DNA of 64,000 nt, taken from positions 744,001-808,000 of the forward strand of contig NW_027271543.1 of assembly GCF_040938485.1 (NCBI RefSeq), written 5' to 3'. Each line of letters starts with the position of its first letter. The first letter of the stretch is position 1. A model generated the notes under the pieces. The model saw only the letters and a program-made list of their open reading frames with translations. It was not told the origin of the DNA and made no database searches. Below are positions 1-13,792 of this stretch, one piece after another. This stretch comes from Diadema antillarum. Taxonomy: Eukaryota. Position numbers and translations under genes: made by a program.

Positions 1-2078
1 CCTCAATCCATGTCGAGAGCTAGTGCACTTTTCTCATCCTTTGCACTCGACGTTAAATTAACCTCTGAAGTTTGCACTTTACGGCCACGGAAATGTAAGC
101 AGTGGGCCTGCAGGTTGGACGGGATCTATCTAACGCGCAAAGAGACAATCAAAAGCCCAAGGTCTGATTCATCGGAATTTCCGAATTAATGCATGGAGAG
201 GGTTTCGCCCGGTTCGAACTTTCTCTAATGTACTCTGCTTCGCAGCAAGATACTCTACAGGAGAGCGAAAAATATGATGCGACGGGATAGAATTACATGT
301 CTGACTTCAAGTCTCTTCAAAGCATGTATCTTTAAGACATCATAATTATCAATCTTAATTCAATGCACAATGCAAGACTTTGGAGGGTCAATGAAATTAG
401 AGCGTGACAGCCTTTTCATTTTGACCTAAGTCATCTAGCATATCAACAAGTTAGTGTTCAATACACACTTTTGAAAGTCTTGTCTGAAAGAAACGGATCC
501 ATCTCTTGACAGTGGGTTTCCATGTCAGAACGAATTTGAATTTATTGTGGCAAAACTGAAACGGGTCGTTTCTGGTACATTCTGATAAAATCATACAAGG
601 ACTTTCTCCTTATGAGTGGTCTAGAATATAGGATGACATTAACATGAACAGCAACAAATAATAATAAATTGTAATCTAATGAAAAGAAATTGTAATGCAT
701 GAAAACTAATGTTCATCTTTTTTTCATCTAAAATTTGAGTTTTTTATTGATTAAGCCATGAAACATTACGTATTTCTTTAACAAGCTCTGTCGTACGCAG
801 AGCGATTACACAGTGTCAGATGACAAAACTGTATATATAGAAAGCATTCATATCGTCTATTTACAATGTAGCTCATTTTCATGTTTATGTTATTTTGATT
901 ATTGTTACTTCATTTACACTGAATTTTTTCTGATTGCCTGACTGTCATGAAAGGGTGGCTCAAAAACTGCAAGAATAAAGTCAAGAAGTTCGTTTGTGGA
1001 TTGTAGATTTAATAAACCCAGGTGCGCCCTGAATGATCAGAACCGAAAAAGATAATGTTTGCTATAGGAAGGGGTGACTGGTTTCTTGTAAACCTACTAG
1101 GACAACAGCGTTCTTGAGGTTAACTCAACAGCACAATACCTCGCAATACGCTAAATCTCACAACACCCACGACTTGAGAAAAAAACCCCGAATTTTCACT
1201 TTTGATTCTTACCCTTTTCTTTCCCCTACCCCACCCCAACTATCTCTCACTCTCTTCCTCTCTCTCTTCGTCTCTTTTTTCCTCTCTCATCCAATAGTGT
1301 CTTGTGTGCACATGAGCAACAATAATAATTACGTTTTCACACAGAGGCTTTTCTCAGTATCTTTTGGGGAAATTTAGACACTATTTGTACTGTCGAGGGC
1401 AAGCGTACTTTTTTTCTCCTCAAGCGATGTTCACCACTTCACAGTGTTGCTTTGCTACCAAGTCTTTCTTCTTTCTTTCTTTTTTCCTCATACCTTCATT
1501 TTTACTCTTCTGCCTCTGACACATAGGCTGAAGACGGAATTGATTTTGACTGGGCAGAAAGCAAGAATTAGTGGTTATAAGTATGTGTGTTTCGGACGTC
1601 GTTTGCAAAAGAATGAAAAAAAATATGAAAAGAAAAATCCAATACGTCATGAAAAACACTGAACATCAAGCCCAATCCTCTAGTATAAGGAAAAAACCAA
1701 TTTTCACTTGATAAACTGTGTTCTAGTGGGACTCTCCCTTCTTTTGCATTATGTTAAGGTCAATTCAGTATCGGTAATGTTCTGGTAACACTCGATTTCA
1801 TTCATTTTTATTTTTCACTTCCAACACCAACATCTGAGCCATTCCATACAAAAAAAAAAAAAAAAATCGAATGTTATTCAGCCTAAGGAACACAAGGAAG
1901 TAGATGAACTTGTTATTCACATGGTATTCATTTTGCATGTTTATTCCATAAAAATGTAACATCTTAAAATGTTTCTTTCAGCCAAAAGATAAAATAGCAA
2001 GCAATAAGATGCAGCATATAATTTCAGGATAACATAATGTTGCACTTGTGGTAGACCAAAATAAATAAATGATAAATA

Positions 2079-2278
2079 NNNNNNNNNNNNNNNNNNNNNN
2101 NNNNNNNNNNNNNNNNNNNNNNNNNNNNNNNNNNNNNNNNNNNNNNNNNNNNNNNNNNNNNNNNNNNNNNNNNNNNNNNNNNNNNNNNNNNNNNNNNNNN
2201 NNNNNNNNNNNNNNNNNNNNNNNNNNNNNNNNNNNNNNNNNNNNNNNNNNNNNNNNNNNNNNNNNNNNNNNNNNNNNN
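2079..2278. other. Assembly gap (200 N)
   Basis: N run. Confidence 1.
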
Positions 2279-4184
2279 GATTAATCATATCTTTACATGT
2301 ACAGCTGATAATTTATTTATTCATTTATTTATATATATTTATATATGAGCGATGGGATCATTATTAGTCCTCCTGACTGTTGTTGTTCGCAGGTCGGCGA
2401 TACTACTCTACTACTCATTAATGTGCGATTACATTCCATGATAATGTTGGCTATTATAAGATAAAAAGTGAAATCAAACGAGCAAATTTGTAAGAGTTTT
2501 ATAAGAATCGGGAGTGAAACAAAGAAGTTACGAGACTTTTCAAAGCTACCCAGACAATGAAAATGATAGCAACGTCACGCAGTCTTACATAAAGTGAAGA
2601 TGTCATTATCTTCACTGATGCTCCTTCATCTAGACATCAAACCAAACAGAAGCACTGTTTCCTTGGTAAACACTTTATATTGTGTTATAGTAAGTCAGCG
2701 ATGACGACAATTCTTTGGGAAGAGGTTTTAATTGCTACATCGTCAACCATCCTTTCAATGAACTTCTTTCACAATGTATCGTAGGCCATTTGAAGACTTG
2801 CGAAATCATGACGTCATACCGTACCTAATGTACACAATCATTATTTATATGCGGTTGCAATCAATACCGATGTTTCGGAAAAGCGTGCGAAACTTCATTA
2901 TTACACGATTTTCTTGGTCTATCGTGTCGAAATTTGCCAGAATTCTCTATTTGTTTGACTTTGATTCTGTCCATCGGATTCAACTCGAGTAGTAGCAGCG
3001 GCATGACATTTAAAAAGAAATAAAGAAAACAATCGAAATATCACGAGAAGCAAACGTCAACATGGAACCCCATCGGAGGTGAAGTCCCTAGCTGCACCGA
3101 GCAGCGCAAGAGAACTGTCTGATGCTTCTGACTACATCTTCGCCGAGAGTTGCAGACGATAGCAGCGGAGGGCATCCGTGGGTGCACGTCCACACCATGG
3201 CGTCAAGCAACACACGGGGGAAAAAATTAGCGGGCAGTTCACGAAGTGGGGGAGGTAAATCATCTCTTTGGGATGCAAGTCTCTTTTGCTTTCCTTGAAG
3301 TCTGCCAGGTACACGATCCATCGAGAAACGTGGGCTCAAACTGTGAACAGTTTGCCGTCAGAGGACGCGGGTCATTAGGAGAGTGAGCAGATCGAGATCT
3401 ATAGGAACTCTTCTTATTTCATTGTATTTCGCCGCCAGTGACTCGCAAGGTACCTTAAATGAACGCAGTTCCTTAAGAAGCGCACAGACCCAAAACATTC
3501 TTCGAGTTTAGCAGGTTGTTGCATTTGCTGATTCTAAAGATAGGCTCCACGCAGAGAGACAGTCCAACTGCGTGAGGAGAGTGATAATTTCTCACATGCT
3601 GCTCATTTCCTTCTTACACGGGAGACTGGTAACGCGCACTTTTGTTTACGAAGAAATTGCAAATTGCAAATTGCAGCCAGTGGTTGTAAAACTAATATCT
3701 GATTGACGCGATGAAGCTATAAACTAAAACACTGTCTGTTGTTTTGCTATTCTTCATAAATCAGACGGGGTCTCTGAGGTGACGGTACCTCGATCTGTGC
3801 TATATAATGGCAGGTGAGCTTCCTGCAGACTAATGGCCGTCGAATTTTGGCGATTTGTAAAACGTATAGAAATGATGTAAAGATAATTAACGAACTTTGA
3901 TGTTCGTGCAGTAAAGGTCAGAGCAAATTGTAAGGTTTGGCGAGACCGACATTGACTCTGACTCACAGATAGTAAATCACGAGGGGGTGGGGGGGGGGGG
4001 GGAGGGGGACTCAGAGATGAGTGTATAATCAATAGCTTTTGAAAAGACTGGGTCATTATGACGGTGGGTAGCTGGGACAGATGAGTGATGGAACATTGAT
4101 TCAGTGGACGCATCTTCTGTTGTTTTTAGCGATATGTTATGGTTTTTAGTTAAAGTCAACGCCTCTGACTCTGACGTAGGAAAC

Positions 4185-4355
4185 CAGGGGCGGATCCAGG
4201 AATTCCGTAAAGGGAGGCGCCTTTACAAAACTAAAGGGGTTGACGCGCCCCTCCCCGTTTTTTTTTTTTTTTTTGGGGGGGGGGGTTTTGTTTTTTTGTT
4301 TTTTTGTTTAAAAAAAAATAAAGAGCCCGGTGCGCCCTCTCTGGATCCGCCACTG
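4185..4355. mobile_element. Non-autonomous DNA transposon (MITE), 171 bp, 15-bp TIRs and 6-bp TSD
   Basis: The ends CAGGGGCGGATCCAG and CTGGATCCGCCACTG match at 14/15 as inverted repeats. GGAAAC flanks both sides (4179-4184 and 4356-4361). The interior has poly-T/G/A tracts and no ORF. Confidence 0.85.
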
Positions 4356-7300
4356 GGAAACTCACATAAAACTTTCATAAACGAACCCAAACTGATGAAA
4401 TATAATATATGTTGCTTTGTGAAGATTTAGGACAGTGTCATGTCTATAAGGTTTTCTTTGCCTTCCATTCAAAACAAAATGATAATGTAACCTAAAATTT
4501 CCATCTTTTTAATGATTCTTTCCAAATCGTCAAAACTGTCAGTCATCACACAAGACAAGGTATAGTGAAACATGTAATAGTTCCCACAGGAAATTGCTAC
4601 GCAAAACTCGTTTTGATAGTCAGCACCTCACCAACGGATGAATAATGACTCAAGGAACTCGGCGTTTATTGTCATGTTTGTTCACAGCAATCCACACTTG
4701 CCTATGACAAAACAAAAATAATCATCACGACGTGGTTCCTACCCGGGAAAACCTGCCGTTAAACCCACACGCGTTTTTTGCTGCCTGATTGCTCCAATGG
4801 TATCAGTGCCTGCGATCAAGAGTTCGCGAGAGGGTATACTGCCGACTTTCTCGTTCATCTGCCACCTTCCATGGTTGGAGAAATGATTATAAGTAAACAA
4901 CATCATCAGATAAATACCTCGCCTTATCATAACGGATTAAAATCAACCGAAGATTGACTAATATATCAAGTACAAACATATGCACAGTGTCAGCCCTGTA
5001 CGACCCCGAAGGCTTTTCAGCGGTCGAACTCGACAAAACAACAGCAACTTGGATGTGGAGTGAGGGTACAAGAGAAAGGAGAAAAAAAAAGACTGCTTCC
5101 ATTCGATGGAAAATACTTTGCGGAAACATTAATAAACACAACGCCACTCTCCCCGCGGCGGGCCAATTGTTGGCTCTTATTTTCTCGGCGGATTTATACC
5201 TTTCTTTTCAATTCTCACTCTAGCTTTCTATAGCGAGGATTAATTCATTGAGGTCCGCTCGGCGTTTCGAGGCTCTCGGTTCAATAATTCACTCCTATTT
5301 ATTTAGCCGGGTGAAAAACCAATTACCAGTTTCACACGTTGCTCTTTTCATTCTCTCATAGCGCCTTTGTAAAACGATCCAGCGGAGACTATCAGAACAT
5401 GACGCGAGAGACTATGAGTGGGACTGACAGCCTGATCGATCAATCGCGAGGTGCTCAATCAATCACGTTAAACAGCCAGGGACGAGGAATGGTACGTTTG
5501 TTATGAACGGGTATTTACATGGTAGACTGCTGTTGTGATATGTATGAATGAGGCGCTGCCAATGACGGGCATTTTTTTTTCTTTCACGTGATAACTTGAT
5601 ACTCTATCCAACGACTTTGTGGTGAAAGATAGAAGTTAATCCTGGAGAGTTTTACTCAGATCACTGCAAATACCGTTGCATTCAATGGTCGAATAACGAC
5701 TAAAAATGCTAGGCACCATTTGAAAAGTAACATCATGTAGGACTACTGGTATTTCATCTCAATGGTTTAAGCGATTGGAAGCATAATGGGCATCATTCAT
5801 TCAACGTCAGTGCTAATAGACAATTCAGCTTCATAATTATAATAATGCACTAAGCTTGGCCCGTGTGAATGTGCTTTGAATCCAGACCTCGTCAAGTGAA
5901 CCACAAAAACAAAACAATTCGAACTAATTTAAAGCTTCTTTGAAGACATTTTTATCGATCATTCTCTCCCTCCGTCTAAATACAAAATGCACTTTCCCTT
6001 CTTTCGCAAATTGAATGAAAATACGAGCCGCTTTCTTGTAAGTGGTGGATTATTCACAGACCGTATTTACCGCCTGACATCCTGAGATTTCAGCTGTCCT
6101 TCCAATTACAGCTCAGAAATCATGCCTTATTTCAATATTGACACGGGCATAAATCATTTAGGACCAGCAGAAGGAGAGGAAAGGGAAAGAGAGAAAGGGG
6201 TGAAAACATAGTTCTTGTAATTTTCTCGCAAAAGAAACCGCGCTCTATTCAATTAATGGCGATTTTGTGCAAAGAATAAGCGAGAGCTAAACAGAGAGAG
6301 AGAAAAAAAAAAATAGTCCTCTCCGGCTCATGGTGGCTTGATTCTTTCCCAAGTCTTTTCACGTGGAATCTATCGCTCGGAGAGCTGAATGCCAACCCGG
6401 AAGTGTTTATTGATGCCTCGTTTGAGGCATTATTCAAATAATTTTTGACAAGCAAATTTCATGAAGAGCGCAGATTGACCGATCGGCGTTTAGAAAACGC
6501 TTCCCCCCGAAGTCGCTAAATCTCTTTCAGAGATGCCAGGTCTTCGAAAAATGTCCAGCTCAATCAAGAAAGCAAGAAATGACTGAAGATCTGGAAAAGA
6601 AGAGAGAGAAAAAATTATGCGCTTGTGTGTTTTCACGAACCACGCCAGGTGACCAATCCTTCAAAAATGCGCCGTATGAAAAGAGCCCCACGCATATCCT
6701 TCATGAACACAATCTAACTCTTTTAATAGAGTTTCCTTTCTTGAATTCTCCTTGATTGAGTGTTGCCCCCACCCACACATTTGTTCTTCTGATGCCCGAA
6801 AAGGGGGATTTTGATGGACGAGTAAATACGCTGGAGTCAGTGACCGCACAGATGCTGTTATTGCAGTCCCTCGTTATTTGTCGATGTAATACCTGATTCT
6901 CAAAGAATCGTTAGTTTGGAATATTGTCGAGAGTTGACAAGCATTAAACACAACATTCCACTTGTCTGATACTTGTTGAAGGGCACTTCATCGCTAGTCT
7001 CCCTCCCCCATTCCCCCCCCCCCCCCCAAAAAAAATGGTCCCCCAAATTTGTCCACGGCATACCGTTTAAGTATGGCAATGAACAGTGATGAAAGGAGGA
7101 GCCAATGGAAGAACCAGGAGATGTGTGCATCAACTCGACACAGCCTCTCAATCCACCGACTCTATACTTTTGTCTTTGATCTGTATTGATTTCATTCTCA
7201 AATCATACGTAGTAATCCGTTCTGGCATGCAAAATAAAACATATACAAACACAGCTGAAGACGAAATAAACATTGTGTTGTTTGGAGGTTTGCATGGTGA

Positions 7301-7459
7301 AGTACCTAAATGAAGGGGGAGAGCTAGGTTTGCGGTAACGCCATGTGTATTGTGTTACTGCACACCTTTCTCCCTAAGAATCAACATTTTTTGTTGTTGC
7401 AATATTTACCATCATAATCTCTCACTATAACATCGACAACGATCAAAAAACAACACATG

Positions 7460-7488
<29 letters not shown>
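7460..7488. repeat. (CA)n microsatellite
   Basis: Direct reading. Confidence 0.95.
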
Positions 7489-7490
<2 letters not shown>

Positions 7491-8981
7491 ACACAAACTC
7501 ACACACACGAGTTCGACACCTCTTTACATCATTGTACAAATCGCATCAAAAGTTTGCATTTTCCGCGACGATCTACGGTAGACCAATCATCATCTGATCA
7601 TTCTGCATTCTTGGAAAATGAAGCTGATAGCGAGACTGATATCAGTCCAAAAATCACCCGACGACTTTAAAGATGTAAAAACAGTCGATGAATCTGAATA
7701 AACTTGAAAGTCAGGTAACATTCATTTCTTTCAATATTTTGTTGAACACTAAATTTGGTAATGGTGACAGGCTTAATATGTTTTAAAAAAATAAAGCAAG
7801 GTATCAAACAAGTAACAAAGTATCCCTTCGATTTAGCCATTATTTCGTGATCAGGTGTTAAGGTATTATTTTCTCATTAAAAAAGATACGCCATGATAAT
7901 TCATAGATTGCTGTGATTCGTCGTAGCCGCGTCTTGTGTTCGTTCCGCCACGTCGCCTACCTATAAGGTTGCTTGCTTCTCTGAAAGTATTTCCCAAAGC
8001 TTCTCTTCTCACCTACGAAAACTTATTCCTAGAGAAAGAAATATTTGAATATAGAATATCTGGGGAAAACAGTTCGGAAGAAAACATTTGAATAAACGGA
8101 TTTATTAGAAATGAGACGAAATGAAATATTTACACTTACTAATTGCGATCACCATAATTTCCAAGGTCTCGGTGGGTCTCACCCTATTAACGTTGCTTTA
8201 TCAAGAATGATCTTAGCCCTGTCTTCATGCTCTTCAGAGCAAGAGTTTTATCGTGGATTTTCACAGTATATTCCCATTTCCCACCCCCCCCCCTCCTTAA
8301 GAATCAGACATTTCTACAAAGTCGCGGACGTCATCAATCCGCACATTCGTTGTGCATTCAGTGATCACTGGCACGTAGAAGCAATATTAATGTCCTTCAG
8401 ACTGTGCCGCTATATGAGTTACTTCTCCAAAATCATGAAAGTCTACCAAATGGGTCGGAAGATGAAGAGTGCTGATGATACGTTGTGTATTCTCTTTCTC
8501 TTCTTCAGCACACCGAGGGTGGTATATAGCTGCCCGCAGGAGGAGATTTCCCGTTCTTGTCAAGGATGTCGAGCGTGGAATTCTCAACGTTTGAACTGAG
8601 ATGAGAGAATCCTCCCCGACTGGGCTAATTACGAATCGCGCTAATCCATTAGCCGCTTAAATGACACACGCCTCTTCGCATCGTTGGCGACAAATATTGA
8701 GCCGCCCCGCAGAACGATGATCACTTAAACCACCCCTTGTGGCTCCAATGGAAGTGGACTGGAAGCCCTAGCGGAAATACGCATAAAATAGACCATGCAA
8801 TGATTTCAAAACTCATTTCATTTCCACAAATATTGTCCAAGGCACCGCATCTCACGATTTAGAAAAAATAATTGGGATGAAACGGATGTGAATGGACTTT
8901 ACGCAGAAATGAAAACTCGTTCATCCTAAATGCAAAACAGTAATCTGATGGGGCAAATAATATGAATGCATATGATTACAA

Positions 8982-8983
<2 letters not shown>

Positions 8984-9043
<60 letters not shown>
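8984..9043. repeat. (TA)n microsatellite
   Basis: Direct reading. Confidence 0.97.
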
Positions 9044-9045
<2 letters not shown>

Positions 9046-10396
9046 CTCATTGATTAACATCACAATAATAATGTGTGCTTCATTTATTCACTGAGAGACG
9101 TGCACACAACATACAAACACACACGCTCAAACGTAACACATACATGCACGCATCTTCATACCGACGCCCAGATACACACCTGACCGCGCACATCTGAAAT
9201 CAAACGGTACATTTACTGCACAATCTTGCGAAAAATAAGCGGTCTTTGATATTTTTTTTCTGGGTCCTCTGCTTTTTTTTTTTCATTCTCTCATCCTCCC
9301 CACCCCCCCCCCCCCTTTTTCGTGCTAATGGAAAAGAAGTGCAAGACTATTTTGTGAACACAACTTTGTACGTGTAAATGGGTGGGCGTGGTGCCAGTTG
9401 ATGTCCAAAGTGACAATGCCCACACAAAGACTGACAGTTTCTCAGCTGTTAATAGTAGGATAACGTTTCATTTTCAGAGAACATGAAAAGGAAAAATTCG
9501 CCTCGGATATCAAATTATATCAAATCATTACACTGGACTCTCATGATATCAGCACTTCATACGTTGTGAAATTGTATTGCTTGTGCCTATTTGCTCTTAC
9601 TTCATGACATCGCATTATTTGTATTTGTTTTATCAGTGTAAAATACTTTACAAACTAAACTAAGCATGATACAGAAATCTAACCTGTCAACTATAAAAAG
9701 TTGGTTAAAGCTTAAATTTGTTGTGATGAACTAAGCATACACGCATCACATCCATGTTTCTTGTGGTATCTTTTTAAACCTGATAAATTTGCTTGTTGGT
9801 TCATTGTAGTTGTTGTTTTTACCAAGTCATAAAAGGTGTTAGAAAATATGTACAAATGAGTGTTAGAATAAGAAAAGCAATACATTCTTTGCGAGGATTA
9901 CAGAAAAGTAAATTATGGTGACGGAAAAGAAAATGTTTGGATGATATAAGTAAGACACGTATATCTAAAGTGCAGAGCCACTCCATGACATACACATTGT
10001 TCAATTTTGCTTTAATGATAAATGCACAATAATTAAAGTTTCATCAAACTCGTAGGTGGAAGTTAGAAAGTTATGGGATTTTGCCGTTCACACGTTTAAA
10101 AACAACAACAACAAAACGACAACAACGAACAAACAAACTAATAATATCAGGCGCAAACACAGATGATAAAATATGAAAATAAGAGGAGGTAATTATTTCT
10201 TCGCTTTACCGGTCTCCCATTGACCTGCCTACAAATCTTCACTCAATTCATTTTCTGTTTGTATTAACTGAGCATTTAATGGCATTTAGGGTTGTAAGTT
10301 GTAACATCATTTTTGAGAGAAAAACATGTATTAGTTATTAAGTTTGTGCATACAAACCTTTCCGAGAGTTGTGAGGAGGTGACGTTATCTCCTGAT

Positions 10397-10442
10397 CAAT
10401 TCAATTTCAATTTCATTTTCACTTTCAATTTATTTCTCCAAC
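10397..10442 (-). mobile_element. Decayed LINE-like 3' tail remnant
   Basis: The minus strand reads GAAATAAATTGAAAGTGAAAATGAAATTGAAATTGAATTG, the same pattern as at 26.1 kb. Confidence 0.35.
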
Positions 10443-11945
10443 TTTTTTCAATAATACAACCATGACAACAATAACACAGAGATTTATTAAAAGAAGATTT
10501 TGTATGGAGAATCAAACTTACCTATATGCAGATGCGACTACTTTCACATTTTCGTCTAAACAGGATATGAAACTTTCTATTACCATCTTATGTAATGTTC
10601 GATTTTGATAAAACTCCTGTCATCTTGTTTATTTGGTTTTCCTATGTTTAATAGGGTCAACTGGAACCCGCGACGGAACTGCACTTTCATAAAATGTCGC
10701 AACACAATTCGAGAACGAACAATAAACGTGATTACGAGAAGTGTTCCTTATTATGATAGGCGAATATTGTGCTTCTTAGAAATGCAAAAGAAACTTTATC
10801 CGGTCTGGAGAATTAACGAAAAGAGATTCAGAACAATTGAATAATAATCTGTTTTGATTGTAGCAGTTCCTCTTCTACGAAAATTAACACTTAACAACAC
10901 TCACTATCATAATGACTGAAAAACTTTTGAAAATGTTCTTACATCTATGTAATTTCAGTCTTTCAGTTTTAACACAATTCTCAACAGAGAGAGGTGAGAA
11001 ATCAGAAAAAGTCAATATGACTTATCTTGTCAGAGCGAAATATGTCATAAAACTCATGAGGATAATGACATTAGAAATTACTTTTAAACACTTAATCGAT
11101 ATTTTGATTAGAAACAATGTTCACTACAAACGTGACAAAATGTAAGCACTGGAAACACAGCAGTGGTTTTAAAAAAATTAAGACAATAGTAGTTTATGAC
11201 CTTAATTGTATTTTGGTGTAAAGCTGTCGACCGCATAACGCATTTCCGCCACAATTCAATGAGGAGAAAAGATTGTAGAAAACTTAAATAACAAATGAAT
11301 AGATAAAATGTATTAAAGGAGATACCAAATGTGCCGGGCATTCAGTGAAGCAGAATAGTATTCTTGTTACTGGGGTGCAAAATGATAAACCTCTTCGCCT
11401 TAAAAATAAAACAAAACATAGACATAATAGACCCCCCCCCCCCCATGACAACAGCCAACATGAACGTGGGTTGTAGGCGAGCTCCCAATGAGTAGATTGT
11501 TGATAGTAGAGTGGCAATGTCTCGTCACAGGTGCAGAGTGGAGGAAGTAGAGAAGGTATATGTCACATACAGGGACAGAAGGTAAACAAACATCCCAGAC
11601 GATAATGATACCCAAGCAGCTCTGATCTTATTTGTCAAGATAACCTTATCAGTAATATCATTTCCCTTCCTTTTCATTTCCAACAAAAATGCAATTACAT
11701 TATAGAACATTTACATAATCATAAAGAGTTAAACAAAATAGTGAAGAAAATAGTGAACAGAAATACAATTAACTGTGAATTCTATAACTGTTACAAAACA
11801 AAGTCATTGGAAATGGAGGGGGCTGCTGAAAAGCAGGGCTTGTAATTTGCAGTCCCCTCATGAACAACAACTAGTTACTGAATGAACAAAACTAAGGCAT
11901 GTTCAGATGACAGAAAACGAGAAAACAAAAGACAGAGAAGAAAAA

Positions 11946-11949
<4 letters not shown>

Positions 11950-12004
<55 letters not shown>
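11950..12004. repeat. (CA)n microsatellite
   Basis: Direct reading. Confidence 0.97.
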
Positions 12005-12006
<2 letters not shown>

Positions 12007-13746
12007 TAGGTCTTTTATAGAAAACAATAAGCATGGGAGGAGTATGAAGAGACTAAGAGAGGTCAGGGAAAAGGGGCGGGGCGAAGGAAGAAGAGTTGAA
12101 GGGCCAATACCAACGCCAGCGAGGCCCGAGCTGCATGATAGATCTCACCGAGGTAACACTCCCATTTTGTTTTAAGATAGATTAAAGAAAATAATAACGA
12201 AGTGGAGAAGCATCCCCCTTACATAAGTGTCCAGAGTCTCTATGCCCACTTTACCAAATGCCTATACAAACTGATAATGAATATTGAGTCCCAGAGCGCA
12301 CGTATAAAGAGATCGATGCCTGTACATACAAAGAAACAAAGTGAAGAGGTAGGCGAAATTATTAGGTACATTTCATGAACGATACGAGAATATGAACCGA
12401 TGATAGATGCACAATTATGATCTAAGTAACAAATCGTCAAGGGGCAAGACGATGAGGGTTCAGGTTGATGGATAGAAGATTAGATAGATAGAGAGAGAGA
12501 GGGGTATAGAGAAAGGAAGAAATAGAGAGAGCATGCATTATGAGAGAGGGAGACATGGAGAATTAAGACATAAAGAAATAAATAACAAATAGGCTATTAA
12601 CGTAAAATGCACGAAGTATATTAAACTGTGGCTCAATTTTTCCTATAGACTGACATCTTAAAGTTAAAAAGAAAATGTTTCAGTATGATATTTGCCAAAA
12701 AGCTGAATAGCCAGAAGTGAGGAGGTGTAGAAATCAAAGGGCACAAGAGAAGGAAGGGATTAAAAAAAAAATAGAAGAAAAACTGTGATAACAGCTAAGA
12801 ACAAACAATAGAGAGGACTGAAAGAAAGAACAAAATTGAATCTGGCGACAAATACAGAAAGAAACATGCATTGCGGTCAAAAAGATGTGGGAGGAATCTC
12901 ATGTTTGTTCGATGAAATTGGGCGAGCCTGGCGGCTGGAGAGCAGGGCCCTACCATCTGGCCAGGTGTTCAGAGACTTCAAAAGCCTTCCCGCGAGAAAG
13001 TCACGACCAACTTCGAGGGAGACAAAAAAAAAAATATTCAAAGAATGGAAAAAGATTTCATTCAGACAGTTCTAAAGCCAACTTTGTGAATTCAACTTGT
13101 TTTCGCAACAATATGTGGCTGTATGGGACCACACACGCACACACACACTACTGTAATCACACATAATATGAAACACGGGTGAGTTCGCGCACGCACCCGA
13201 CTTTTAATTACCAGCTTTGTGTAATGATAATTATATTTAAAATGAGGTAATGCTCTGTACTATTCTGATATGACATGATAGCCATAGCACAGATTAGAAT
13301 GATTATAGTAATAACAACTTGTAATGACACCCAACTTACTAATTAGCTCCAAATATTCTACTTGCAGACAAACATTGGGAGTTTGTATCGGAGACGAACG
13401 TGTACCAGTGCTGTCCATTACTAGTCTGACTTGATTTTTTTTTGTTTTGTTTCGTTTTGCTTTGGTTGTTTATTATTTTGTTTGTTTGTTTATTTTTGTG
13501 TTTATTTGTTGGTTTGTTTGTCAAATGTAAGAACATAACACGCGAAGCTGTAGCTTGGAAAGAGAAAATACAGATGAACAAAGTAGGTTGAGTCTTGACG
13601 GGTTAACTTGAGGAACACTTCCGGGACTGACCGGGCGTTTGCTGTTGAAATTAGCGGCAACGATGTGGAAAGAAGAACAAGGTCATAAGTAACAAGTGAA
13701 GGGTAAGGCAATACTGCAGTGAATGATAGAAGTTGTAAAGGAAGGG

Positions 13747-13749
<3 letters not shown>

Positions 13750-13788
<39 letters not shown>
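13750..13788. repeat. (TA)n microsatellite
   Basis: Direct reading. Confidence 0.95.

Positions 13789-13792
<4 letters not shown>

Noticed and set aside
5680-5730. TAGGCACCATTTGAAA resembling miR-29
   Set aside because: The seed differs (GGCACCA instead of AGCACCA), and only about 9 bp pair with the upstream arm, so there is no pre-miRNA hairpin.
8111-8599. 162-aa ORF
   Set aside because: It starts in AT-rich sequence, has no recognisable domain and shows composition typical of a chance ORF.
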